Source: Seison nebaliae (lineage: Eukaryota). From it: 58,175 bases of DNA. The stretch is from NCBI GenBank assembly GCA_023231475.1, contig JALJEE010002824.1, positions 1 through 58,175 of the forward strand. The letters run 5' to 3'. This document shows, one piece after another, positions 34,915 through 47,836 of this stretch. Positions within the stretch are counted from its first letter, which is position 1. Each line of letters opens with the position of its first letter. The notes under the pieces were generated by a model. It saw nothing but the letters and a program-made list of their open reading frames with translations. It had not been told where the DNA came from and ran no database searches. The position numbers and the translations under genes were made by a program.

Positions 34915-37900
34915 ATGGATTGTTGTGACAGTAGATGTGATGGAACGAGAAACGGTGCGAAGAAAATTGGGGAACATTCGTCGAATTATCTGAAGAATGA
35001 GAAACTTTATATGCAATTGAATATGTTATCGAAGAATCGGGTTACCAGGAAAAATTACACATCCATTTTTTTCCACCACATCGCATACCTCATCATATTG
35101 ATTATATTGAACAACCTTCTCATAGTAGTTGCAGATGGATATGAATTCAATCATCAACATAAGAATTTATCGTTAGCACAAATGTTGCAACGTTCACTCT
35201 CACAACAAACAACCTCAGCAATGTTGAAGAATTTAAGTAGTATCACCTCACAAACTTTACAGTCCTTAAATGATGTTAAAGATGATTTGGATGAACCAAA
35301 CGAGATATTTTTGGAAAATTTCGGAAAATTGTTAAACAAAAAATATGATCGATTACCCAATAAAGTTTTCTCGACAATGTTTGATTTCACTCATCAATTG
35401 TTTCGAGTATTACTTGATCGTAATTTACATCAACAAGTCAATGAAGATTTGATGGAGAAAATGGAGAAATTTATAAAAATGAACGAGAAATATAACAAAA
35501 AACAAGACGATATTTCCTTTGCAAGAACGAAACGAGATCGCGCAGCCGAATCCGAAAACATTAATACCGTGGTGAAATTGGATGCCATTCCACAAGTTCA
35601 AGGCGGAAATGATTTCACTGCGTTAAATAAATTGTTGAAGAAAGGTATTCTCATTTCACCAAAACTTCAAGGAGCTCCTCGATTTGAAGCTCAACTCATT
35701 CACGATATCTTAGCCACTTATCATACCGATATCCGTCCAACTGAAACAGTGACTGTGAAATTGAAATTAATTTTGACACAAGTCATTGCAATGCATGAAA
35801 AAGAACAACAAATCGTTACCAACGTATTTATAGATCAACGTTGGATTGATCCAAGAATATCATGGCAAAAAGAACATTATGGTGGTATTGGCAGTATCCG
35901 ATTACCTGTAAGAATTATTTGGATACCAGACACATTCATGTATAATGCAGCAGATAAAGGTGGTTTTTTGATGCCTCATCCAATGGGGAAAGCGATCGTT
36001 AGTCATAAAGGTCAAGTCCACTGGCCCAATCCATTCGCCCAACTGAAGACGAGATGTCGCGTTGACATTTCTGAATTCCCTTTCGATGTTCAAGTTTGTG
36101 AACTTGTATTCGGTTCGTGGTCTCATACCAATAAACAGATCGATTATGTTCTCGAATTATCAAGACCAGATTTGACATTATATGCACAAAATTCCGAATG
36201 GTTCCTTCTCGATCTGAGCGCCCAACGAGACATCATCCATTATTCCAATTGGGTCGAATCGAATTCGTCATTTACGGAAATAAAATATAAAATATTTATT
36301 CGGCGAAAACCTTTACATATCACTTACAATATCGTTCTACCATGTATGATGTTGTCATTGTTGACTCTCATATCATTTGCAATTCCATTTCAAGTTTGAA
36401 TTTTAAATTTATATTATTATTATCCTCTCTGTTATCGAATAGCAACAAGTACATATTTGCATCAGTACACTTCTCTCATATTCTGTTTATTCGTTGCTGG
36501 TATCAGAACGCGTTCCTGCTCAATCAGATTCAGTTCCTTGGATTAGCATCTACCTCACTCTAACCATGGGATTTACTTTATCTGCATTAATGTGGTTCGC
36601 TTTCACTAACGAAATGAAACACCAAACACAATTGGCGGAGAAGAATGGAAAATTCTTCCGTCTCATCACTTGTCACTTAAGAAAACTGGTATGTGTTGGA
36701 GATGAAAAAACGATAATTGAACAAAGACAAAGGAAATTGAAAGCGTTGGGAAATACGTTATCAGGTTTCTATTCATATTCCCTATAGATTGTGAAGATAT
36801 AAAAATTAAAAATGATATTTCGATTTTCCTATTGATGGGAAAGGAGAATAAACGAAATATTTCGCTTCATCCTTTAAAAAAGACATTTACATTTTTTCCC
36901 ATTTGACTGTCGATAATGAAATCGACAAGAACATTTTAATCACCTCATTCTAATCTTCTTTTCTCCTAACATCGACGGAACGTTTTGATTAAAATAAGAT
37001 AAGGACTTGAAAAAAACGAAAACAGTTTTGGCTAATGCGAAAGCAGCATTACATCGACATAGTAAGTGCAATAACACAACTGATAATTCAATTTTTTTGG
37101 TGATAGTTTCTTGAACTTACATAGAACCTATTGAATCTTTCAGAGTAGAATTGCTCATTTCAATTTTATCATTTTTAGTTATCACCATTAGTATTCTGCA
37201 CTTCTTATCATTTTAATGAAATGGAAATTTTATTTCATTTTCTCACTCACTTCATTTATTGTTGAAATTCTGCACCGAAATTCACTGAATGTCAATTGAT
37301 CACGACAATCTTTTCTTCCAGCACTTTACCTTTTTCATTGAATGATTCATTTTCGATATATGATTTACCATCTCACCAGATGAGCTTAGATGCCGCATGT
37401 CTCTGAATGGAACATTTAATTTCTTATTATTTATTTTGAGGTCCAACAAGTATCCATCATATGGCACATTTATTAATGAAAGGAACACTCATTGCGAGTG
37501 GAATGGATTCAAAAAATTATGAAGATGATGACAATGTAGATCTTAATCGCATTCCTACTAGACAATTGGCTGCTACACCACCTCCTCCTTTAGCTTCCAT
37601 CGTTAAGGATACGACGATAAACGATCGTACGACCGAATCATATCAATTGATGGATTTGGGAAGTATAGATGATGATAATTTGTCATTGAAATTAGAGAAG
37701 ATTAATGAGGAAATGGAAAGAATTAGAGAGACGATGGCGAAAACTTTACCGGAAATGAAGGAAATTGTTCATAATGATCCGATTATTGAGAAGAACAAAG
37801 GACAAAATCGAATGAATGAAAGACGTCATGGTGCTATACCAATCATACCTGCGAAAATGAATAAGAAACGAACTAGTTCACCTTGTTCTTCGGAAGAGAA

Positions 37901-39082
37901 TCGATCGATAATTAAATCATCATGTTCTTCCATTAACTCTTGTTCTTCCACCTATTATAAATGTCGAAATACGAACAAGAGAGAAATAGTTAAATCTAAC
38001 TCGACGAATTCTATCGAGCAATTACTGTTTGATAATTTGAAAAAAAGTGACGGTTATCCGGTCAAAGATTTGAAGAATAAAAAAATTATGGAGAATGTTC
38101 AAAATTTTTATGGTACTAATTCCATACCTCTTCATCCGGTGAATCCGAATGATTTCGACCAATACCGATATATCAAATGTAAAAAGAACAAAAATCAGAA
38201 ACGACCACAATCAGTGTTCATTGAGAAGAATTGGCATTTAGATAAAACATTTCAAGAAATTCCGATAACGTTCGAAGACGATTTTAAAGGAAAAATAAAA
38301 CCATCTACTTCTAAATCCAATCATCGATGTCGACATCAATTACATAAATCTCAGAAAGTGAATAATGCCCTACTGAAAATCCAATATGAAAACAACGAGT
38401 CTGACAAGAGGAGGAGAAATAAAGGAAAGAAAGAAGAACGACCAAAAATCGAAGTGATAAAAATGAAAGAAATTGAAAGTGACAAAATGCAGCAGCAGAA
38501 ATTGGCGAAACATTTCGATCTAATAAACGAATATACTCAACTATTAGCGGAGTATGAACATTTAAAGAAACTAAAACAAAAAGTTTCACCTTTTTTCTTA
38601 AGTGAATATATCACCTATTTCTCTTTTTGTAGAAGAAACAACAAGAAGTTACAAAGAGTGGAAATGAACCGAAAACAACAATGAATCGATGGAAGAGAGC
38701 AGCCACCAAGTTGACACATTATCGACCATCTCAACGTCGCAAATCGAGTGTCTCTCAAAAGGATAAGAGTGAAATTCGACAGAAACGAAATTTAATTCGA
38801 TTAGAGATATTTGTGAAAACTCTGAATCGATTTGTCTTCTTCTTCTACTTTTGTGGAATGATTAGCAGCAATATTTATATGTGGATCCTCAAACCTCTTA
38901 TACTCAACAGCATTCCTGGCAATAGGCCACTTGTCTTCGATGGCACATCGACGAGGAACGTCACTCAAACTTCCTCAACATTTGGCTCGAATTTTATTTT
39001 ACCTGATAACATGACATTACAAAAGATGAACGAAATCACTCATCAACAAATCTATCGAGCTAGTCAAAACGGTTTAAATTAA
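34915..39082 (+). CDS. Cys-loop ligand-gated ion channel, nAChR-like non-alpha subunit (introns 36394-36442, 36766-37440 with possible internal exon 36999-37061, 38583-38632)
   Basis: WIDPRISW, IWIPDTFMYN, Cys-loop CRVDISEFPFDVQVC, FGSWSH, NSEW, RRKPL, M1-M3, a long intracellular loop, and M4 LNRFVFFFYFCGMISSNIYMW. Start Met uncertain (hydrophobic leader at residues ~50-73). Confidence 0.88.
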
Positions 39083-39514
39083 TTTGAAATTTTCTAACAA
39101 ATTTCCAAATAAAATTTTCATTTTTTTTTATTTAACTAATGTAAGAAATGTTTTTATTAAATTAATTTTAACTTTTCTTCTCACAAATCATTCTGATATT
39201 TGAAGGCGATTATGAATATTGTTAAACTAATGAATAAAGTAATGAAAATAAATATTAAAATTTAGAAAAGTGAAATTTAAAAAATTGAATTTAATAATTG
39301 AACGAAAAATATTTAATAGACAATTCGATTTATTGGGAAGTGAATAGTATGAGGAATAGGTATAGTCATTAGAGGAAAGAGAATAAGAGAGAGTTGGATG
39401 ATTTTATCTCGTTGTTTTCCAAATGTTCGGCCTCGTAGAATATTCCATTTGAAATTATTACAAAAAGTAGAGGAATTTATCGTTTTTCTTTTTAAGTACA
39501 ATTAAAAAATTATT

Positions 39515-41297
39515 ATGAGTAACTCTGATCTTCAAGCGGCTGATGCACGCAAGAGAAAAGTCTCGTATTATTATGATGGTTATTCTCTTCCTTCATTATC
39601 CTCTTTCATCACTTCAATTCCTCATATAGCTGATGTTGGCAATCATTATTATGGACAGGGTCATCCAATGAAACCACATCGTATTCGAATGGCTCATAAT
39701 CTCATTCTAAATTATGGATTGTATAGGAAAATGGAAGTTTATCGTCCGACTCGAGCAACTTTCACCGAATTGACAGCATTTCATACTGACGAATATATAA
39801 AATTTCTTCGATCAGTTCGTCCAGATAATTTGTCTGAATTTCAGAAGCAAATGCAGAAATGTTATCTTATCTTCTTTTTTCTTCTAACGTATCTTTTGAT
39901 CATTTAGTTAATGTGGGTGAAGATTGTCCAGTGTTTGATGGAATGTTCGATTTCTGTCAAATATCAGCGGGTGGATCATTATGTTAGTTGAATTGAATTA
40001 ATTTTAAATAATTTTTCAAATATGAAATTAATTTCAATTTCAGCTGCTGCTGTCAAATTAAATAGAAAAGAGACAGATATTGCAATTAATTGGGCTGGCG
40101 GATTGCATCATACAAAGAAAGCGGAAGCAAGTGGTTTCTGTTATGTGAATGATATTGTCTTAGCTATTTTAGAAATGCTCAAGTTTATTTTTGATTTATT
40201 CAATTATTTATTAATTAATTAGATATCATAAACGTGTGTTATATATCGATATTGACATCCATCATGGCGATGGAGTGGAGGAAGCGTTTTATTTAACGGA
40301 TCGTGTAATGACATTATCGTTCCACAAATACGGTGAATATTTCCCTGGTACTGGTGATTTGAGGGATGTGGGAGCATCGAAAGGCAAATATTACGCCATT
40401 AATTTTCCGTTGCGTGATGGTATGAATGACATCTCTTATGAAAGCATCTTCAAACCTGTGACTACGAAAGTCATCGAATTTTATCAGCCTGATATCATTT
40501 TGATGCAATGTGGTGCCGATTCATTAACAGGTGATAGATTGGGTTGTTTCAATCTCACAGTGAAAGGACATGGTGCTTGTGTCCGATTCATTAAGACATT
40601 CAATATTCCCATGTTAGTCGTTGGAGGAGGAGGTTACACTATCCGTAATGTGGCGAGAGCATGGACATATGAAACGGGAATATGCGTTGGAACCGATCTC
40701 GCCGACACTTTACCATATAACGACTATTTCGAATACTTCTCACCTGAATTCAATTTACATATTTCTCCTTCGAACGCCTCTAATCAAAATACTCCTGACT
40801 ATCTTCAGAAGATTATGGCGAAAATTTTTGAAAATTTAGAAGGTGCTAAACATGCTCCCAGTGTGCAAATGCAAGACATTCCTGATAGTGCATTGGTGGA
40901 AGATCAGGTGGTAGAACCCAATCCTGATGTTCGTGTCTCACAAGATGAGGCAGATAAATTTATCGAACCAGAAAATGAATTTTTCGATGGAGATAGTGAT
41001 AATGTTAACGAAAATATCCCCACAGTACATGAGGATGGAGAGAGTCAGTCGACAGAAGATGATTTAGTCAATAAACAAGTTAATGGTCAAGTGGTGGACG
41101 AATCGATGGAAGTTCTTCCTGAGAATGATACTGAAATGAATGACATTGTTACTTCTACAATTGGAGAGGAGGAGAAGATCTTAGAGGAAGAGGAACCATC
41201 AGAAGAACAACCAGAACAAGTAGAAGAAACGAGGAATGAAGTGACTGCGAGTCCGGAAGATTATTTTACAGGGAAGGCCGATCATGAACTTGTTTGA
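39515..41297 (+). CDS. HDAC1: Class I histone deacetylase HDAC1/2 (Rpd3); introns 39579-39629, 39861-39907, 39983-40043, 40183-40222
   Basis: [86 protein letters not shown], acidic tail. Confidence 0.97.
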
Positions 41298-41527
41298 ATT
41301 TAATTCAAAAATTTACAAATTATATTCTCCTTCTTTCAATTATCATTATTTTTTCCTCTTTTGATTATGTCAATGGAAACTTTGTGTTTTCTTCATCATC
41401 ATCATCATATATCATTCATTTAATCGTATCAATATTTTTCAATAACAAAAAATATTTTTAAAATCTTTTCTTCACATTCACTTTCTCTCTTTCAATACAC
41501 AATTTCTTCGAATTTCACTCAAAATGT

Positions 41528-44500
41528 CTATATTCGGGATTCCTGTATTCCTGATACCATCGTTTCCATATTCATATCTGAAAACGGAAATTTCGTAAAT
41601 ATATTAATTGAAATTTTAATGAATTAATTAACTTGATCCTCTCTCATTTGTTTGGTCTACGAGAAGACGATAAGTATGAGAATTATATAAAGAGAAAAAA
41701 TTAAAACCTGAATTGAGAGAATGTATATCAGTGGAAGGAATTGGACGACTATCGACAGTAACTGGGAAATAAATATTTTCGTTCGTCGGCTCGTCCGTCG
41801 GTTCCAAATATTGTGATTCTCGTTTATTCTCCGTCGTTTGAAGTTGAATGAATTCGTTTTTGATATAATTTTCATCGAATTCCTCATCTTCCACACTCGT
41901 CGAATCTTCGTCGAATTGGGGAACATACGGAAGTGTATACTTCGGTGGTTGCATGTCCATAGAGGACGAATGACTTTCGTCATGAACATTCGCCCTTTTC
42001 GACGGAACTTCAATTATTGGTTTGTTCGTACTGACGATTGTTGAAATGGATTCATCGGAAGTTGTATCAGTATCATTTATTGAACCATCAAAAGCGTTGT
42101 TAATATTTTTAACATTCACTTGCGTCTTACTCGTTCGTTGAACGATATTGCTTGGTAAAGTCGAAATGGAATTACTACTACTCGACGTTATTGACGAAGA
42201 TGTAAAATTTGCTCTTGTTCGAGGTGTCACTATCGGTTTCTTATTCATCCTTTCATTGTCATGCATCATTTGTGGATTATAACTATAATGTCTAATATGA
42301 TGAAAAATTATTTAGCTGATTAAACGAAGAAAATTCTAAACTTGCCTTTCATTATTGGTGATGGCGATCGATAAATGACGAAGATGAATATTAATGAAAG
42401 AAATATTAAAATTGATAAGACAATAGCGAGAAAGATGAAGAGTGCTGGAGATAAAGTCGGTTGTTTATTTTCATTTCTCTTTTCTATAATTTTAGAATTG
42501 AATTTTATCAATTCCTCACCAACACGTCCCATACAAGTTCGTCTATTCGTCATAGTTTGAATACATCGATTCAATTCTTCAAGATTTTTATCAAGAACTT
42601 TTTTTGCTTCAATCACTTCCATCAATGGTCCATCACCGTCAGATATTGATATTTCCAAATAAGAATTCGAAGGCAACTGATTTAGTTTAATGTTTTTGAA
42701 TTTCTTATCTTTCAAAATGTCTTCGTTGTTAAATAGAAATTCATTCATGCTACCTCCATTAATAATATCGATAACGTAGTCTCCAAATGTTGATTGTAAA
42801 CAATCGACTAAATATTCTTTGATTGGAATGATTTGTGTCAGATCTCTATTGACTGTGAGAACTAAACGTCGAGAAGCCATTCGATAATCATCAGAACGGA
42901 AAATGAATCTCAATGGATGAATAATTTGATTTATCTTCGCGTGACTCGTACTATAATGATATTTGGACTTGAGATATAAAGTCGAAGAGAATCCTTGTTC
43001 TATCAATTTCTTGTCATAATTCTGCTCCATTGCAAATTTGCGATAGAAGTAGTGGAAAAGAAATTCCTTTGACAATTTCATATAAATTACTAAATTCATT
43101 CTCGAATCATTATCCGATAATTCTTCAGTAGAATGAATGTTAATGTCACACCAATCATTCAAATTTAATAATTCCATCATCGGATCCATTAAAGTAAATT
43201 CGAACATATCTAATGTTGGTTCATTGGCTGGAACTAATATCTAAAACGAATAAAAAGAAAGTAAAAACATATATAATCGATCAATTAAACTGTTATGAAA
43301 ATTTCACTGTAAATATTGATGATATTCGACTGTTCAGTTATCGAATTTATTGTTGTCGTGTTTTCATTCGATGTAGCGAATGATGCATTCACCACAAATA
43401 TCTCACATATAGGTTTCCCATCAACTAATGAAACTAGAGAAGACAAATGATAATAAACATGAAAGTCAAAATGTGATAAATGAAAGAAGTTTCAACTTAT
43501 TGAACAGTTGGAATCCAACAACATTTCATTTCCAAACAGTTCCATTTGGATAACATCCGAAATAAAGGAAATATTCAAATATTGGTAATTCGAACATTCG
43601 ATAACTTTTAGAAGAAATGTAAGAGAAAAGAAAATTTAGATAAAAACATGATGTATTTGAATTCTCACCACATTTATTCTCCAATAACAATTTCGTGCTG
43701 CTGTTTGATGAAAAGAATGGTGACTGAACAGCAATCGGCACCTGTGTAACGCCATTAGTGAATTTTCTTGTTGTAGTCTCAACATTACCGGTCACTATTG
43801 GTTCTCTTGTTGTTGATCTTGTTTGACTAGTATTAACTACCGTAATCTTAGTCGTTGTAGTAGTAGTAGTAGTAGTAGTGGTGGTAATAATGGTGGTACT
43901 AGAAGTCAATGATGTTGTGTCAATTGGAAGGTGAGAAGATGTTGTGATATCCAGATTTGATGTGGTAGTTCTTTCTTTGTTGTTATTTTGTAAAATTAAT
44001 TTAAGATTAATTTCTTTATTCGTGCACATAGGCTCATCGTTATCAAATCGGTTTATATCGTTACAAATGTTAAAATATAAATTTAACATTGTTTCATTGT
44101 CATCGGGGGATAAGATGTTCTGTGGAAATTCCTTTAATTTCAATTGAAAATGTTTCAGTTCAATCGTTTGATTATTGATCGATATATAATTGTCCGTATT
44201 ATCTTGTTCTAACACATCGATTAGATTGTAATTTGTTGAAACTATTGCTTCTCCCATCATATTATTCGGATGCTCATCAATATCATAAACGAACAAATTT
44301 ATTGCACATTCAGAGTAATGTTCACTGGAAATGAGACATGCAGAATTCTCCTCCATCATAATAACAGGCGGATTATCATTCACATCTTCCAATGTAATTA
44401 ATACGAGAAGACTCAGATCTTCCTTCAGAGTGGACGTCAATATCATATGAATAATTATTCTACTTTGTTCCTCCCGATCGAGTTGAGAGGTTGTCGAACG

Positions 44501-45399
44501 AATATTAAGTTTATTGTTAATAATTGTAAAAGAAAAACAATCTTCGACAGTAACACAATTATCAATATTGTAAACTTTAATTGTCCATTAAAAGAATCTT
44601 TTTAATTCTGAACATAAAAACAACTAACGAAAATTTAATTGTTTAACTGATTCAACTCTCTCCCATAATTCTTCATTGTCTATTAACATAATATTACCAA
44701 TCTTCCTTTCTTCTATTTTGCCCATCAGATATATCGAAGAATTTCTTCCTTCAGTTTCATACACGTTCAACGTAACTTCTTTCTCCAACGAATATTCTAA
44801 CAGATTACTAGCGTCTACTTCAAATATCAATGATAAATGCATCGTCGATGGAAAATTTTCTCCCAATCTGATAAGTTTAAATCGTTCGATATCATCATTC
44901 TCTTTCACTCTAATATCAATGTCATAATTTAATTGATAATTAAGTGGGAAATAAATTTGTTTTAAATTAAAATTATCCATATAATCCATGAATTGCAAGC
45001 AATAAACTGAGAATTGGGTGGAAGTATCAGCATCAGCATAAGCATTGCACACAATAGGACCATTTGGATAAATTTGAGTATTCTCTTGCAAATTTACATT
45101 GTTCTCATCAAAATTTGGATTATTTTCAGTTTTAGGACAATAACCCCCAGTCGCCCCACATACTTGATTCATTGTCTTACCAAATGCCGTTTCATTCCAT
45201 TTGAAATCATCTAACAAATTTATCGTAAATGTTGATTTTGAAAGAATAAATTTTATTAACAGTTTTTAGGACAATATGCAGTAGAATAATCAGTTTCTTG
45301 TATTATTTGACATTCAATTATATCGGGAATTACCGGTACGGTTTTATGACCTGTAACGAATAAGCAAATCAGGAAAACGGTTTGTGGTATTAAATTCAT
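41528..45399 (-). CDS. Divergent cadherin-related type I membrane protein with Thr-rich mucin-like segment (about 9 exons)
   Basis: Signal MNLIPQTVFLICLFVTG at 45399; cadherin motifs LDREE, LEDVNDNPP, VYDIDE, ISDGDGP; poly-Thr at ~43780-43970; TM ALFIFLAIVLSILIFLSLIFIFVIY; cytoplasmic tail ending QESRI*. Joined in frame by GTT..AG introns. Confidence 0.75.
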
Positions 45400-45659
45400 T
45401 TCTTTTATTTTTATTCGAACATATACAGTCGTGAAATGTCTTATATTCTCCCGATTTTAATAAATAAAATTTATTTAAGAAAAATGATAAAAAAAATTTC
45501 TTACCGTCCAATTGATAAGTAAACAAATAAAGATGATCAGAGTTCGGATTTTATTTTATAATTTCATAAATTAATCATCTGACGAAATAAGAGTTCGTTA
45601 TCTTGATTTTGGTTAGATGAATATCTTATCTCGAAATAGGAAAGCAAATAAAGTAATTA

Positions 45660-47280
45660 TCAACGTTTCTTCGCCGAATCGTAATTATTCTGATCATGTT
45701 CATTTTGTAGAGTTAAATTGTCAGAAGTGGCTGAGGTATGTGTGACATAAATGACTGCTATAGAAACGATGGCGGAGACGAGGAAGATGACATCGAACCA
45801 TCTATGATAAAAATTGAAATCGATATTGCCTAATGCTTTCGAAATAGTCGAACGATATTTATTTGGCATCGACATCCTGATAAGTAGAATTGATGATAAG
45901 AGATACATACCCATGATGTGCGTAAGGAAATATACGATTAATTCCATTGAGACAGTCGATGCGAGAAATGAGAAGAATTTCGACAACGTCAAAAGTAGAC
46001 CTCTTATCGATGTGACGACAATAACGCCGATCATCCAAAATGATAATTGTTGTGTCCAAAAATGAAGGTCGATATTCATATTGAAATAAACTTTCGTTAT
46101 TTCTAAACTTCTCGTTACTGGATCGTTATGTCCAACTCGACTGAAAATTATGTTAATTATTGTTACCACAATCTTCCATACACAATACAATGAGAAAAAA
46201 TGTCCGAGAACATTAAAATAAATTCCCTTACATGTTTTCGCATATTTCATATGTTCCAAACTTATCATCACATCATTCAATTCCATAAAAAGTTTTGATT
46301 GTACTTCGTACAATACCTCACATTCCACATTCAACGATTCCATATCATCCTCGATGGTTTGTCGACGGTTTTCTACTAGTCCGATATATTTCAGTAGACG
46401 AGACGTCCATCCAATATTGAAATTTAAAGTTGAAGGACTAAACGAATCTGACAATTATGAAAAGAGAAAATATTTAAATATTAAAATTTTAAATCAAACT
46501 CTTTTCAGCTACTTGTAATTTGAGATTTGAAATTCTCTTTTTCTTTGATGCAATTCGACTTTGTAACTGAGTCGGAAGAGATACAACATATTGAGAATGT
46601 TAATAAAATGAAAACATGCAACAATTTCGTTTGGAGAATGACTACGTCTTTCTCACGTACCGGTTGTACGAAACAGCTCATATAAGTGTATGGGGAATTA
46701 ACTGCACCAAAACCAGAAAGAATTGCCATTGCCGTTACTCCAATCACACCAATTCGACCAGTGAGTGGGGCCAACGAAATGAAACCTGATTAAATGGAAA
46801 TTGATTGATTGAAATTTGAATTGAAATTTATTAGACTGAAATTATGAAACCTTGTTCTGAATTGAATAATGGAAATGATTCTCCCAATTTATGGAAACAG
46901 AAAAGGAAAGAACACATAAAGAATGTTGTCAAACAGGAATGTATTTTCGAATGTTTTAAATGAAGGAATTGACATATCCGTGACGAGATATTATTGGAAA
47001 TGATTAAAGGAAGAACGATAATCAGAAGGAAAACATTGGCTGCCAATAATAATTTCCACTGTTGAAGGAGAGTTGCCGAATTGGCCAAATGCAGTATGTC
47101 GATAATTATTAGTTGAAACATCGAACAACATAATGTGAAGACGGTGAGGAAAATCACTTGAACATTTCTCGTTCTAATTTCATAATTCCTGAGCAAATAG
47201 CACGAATAGAATATCCATCCAATTCCAATAAATATGAATTGTGAAGATAACAACACGATCCAAGGAAACGATAATTCCAT
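45660..47280 (-). CDS. GPR89: Golgi pH regulator GPR89/GPHR (4 exons)
   Basis: SSQFIF.GIGW, FTLCCSMFQLII, RIGVIGVTAMAILSGFGAVNSPYTYM, YFNVLGHFFSLYCVWKI, DPVTR, SIRGLL, MGMYLLSS, FNFYHRWFDVIFLVSA. Confidence 0.95.
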
Positions 47281-47836
47281 TCTTCTTTTTCTTTTCAATA
47301 AAAACTTTCTTCTTTTCTCTTGTTTGTAAAATTGAAACGTATATGAATTAGAGATATATCCTCTTTATACTTTTCATCGTTTAAATTTTTAAATATAAAA
47401 TTCAGTTTTAATCGTTTTTTTCTCAAAAAATTTTAATTATATTAATGGAAATCTCAGCTAATAATTCAAGTTGATGTTTAAAAAAAATTGGTGGAAAAAA
47501 AAATTTAATCTAATTGTCAATCTTGACAATGTCCAACTTGTCATGTAATGGAGAAGAGCTTGTCATTTCAACTACTTAAAGTTCTGTATTATATTTAACA
47601 GTACTGATCTTTTAGCAGCCATCGTTCCATCCATGAAATAACGTGCTTCTGCTACTTTGTGAAAGCGATTTGATAATATTCTTACACTATAAACGTAGAA
47701 GTTGAGAATTCATTTATTTGGAAATAGGAGAATGAATAAATCTTATATTTTTATCTTTTGGAATCTTAATTATTTTGGATAATCTCTTCTATTAGATACT
47801 TATTTCTTTCTATCTTCATTAATTTAGCAGACAAGA

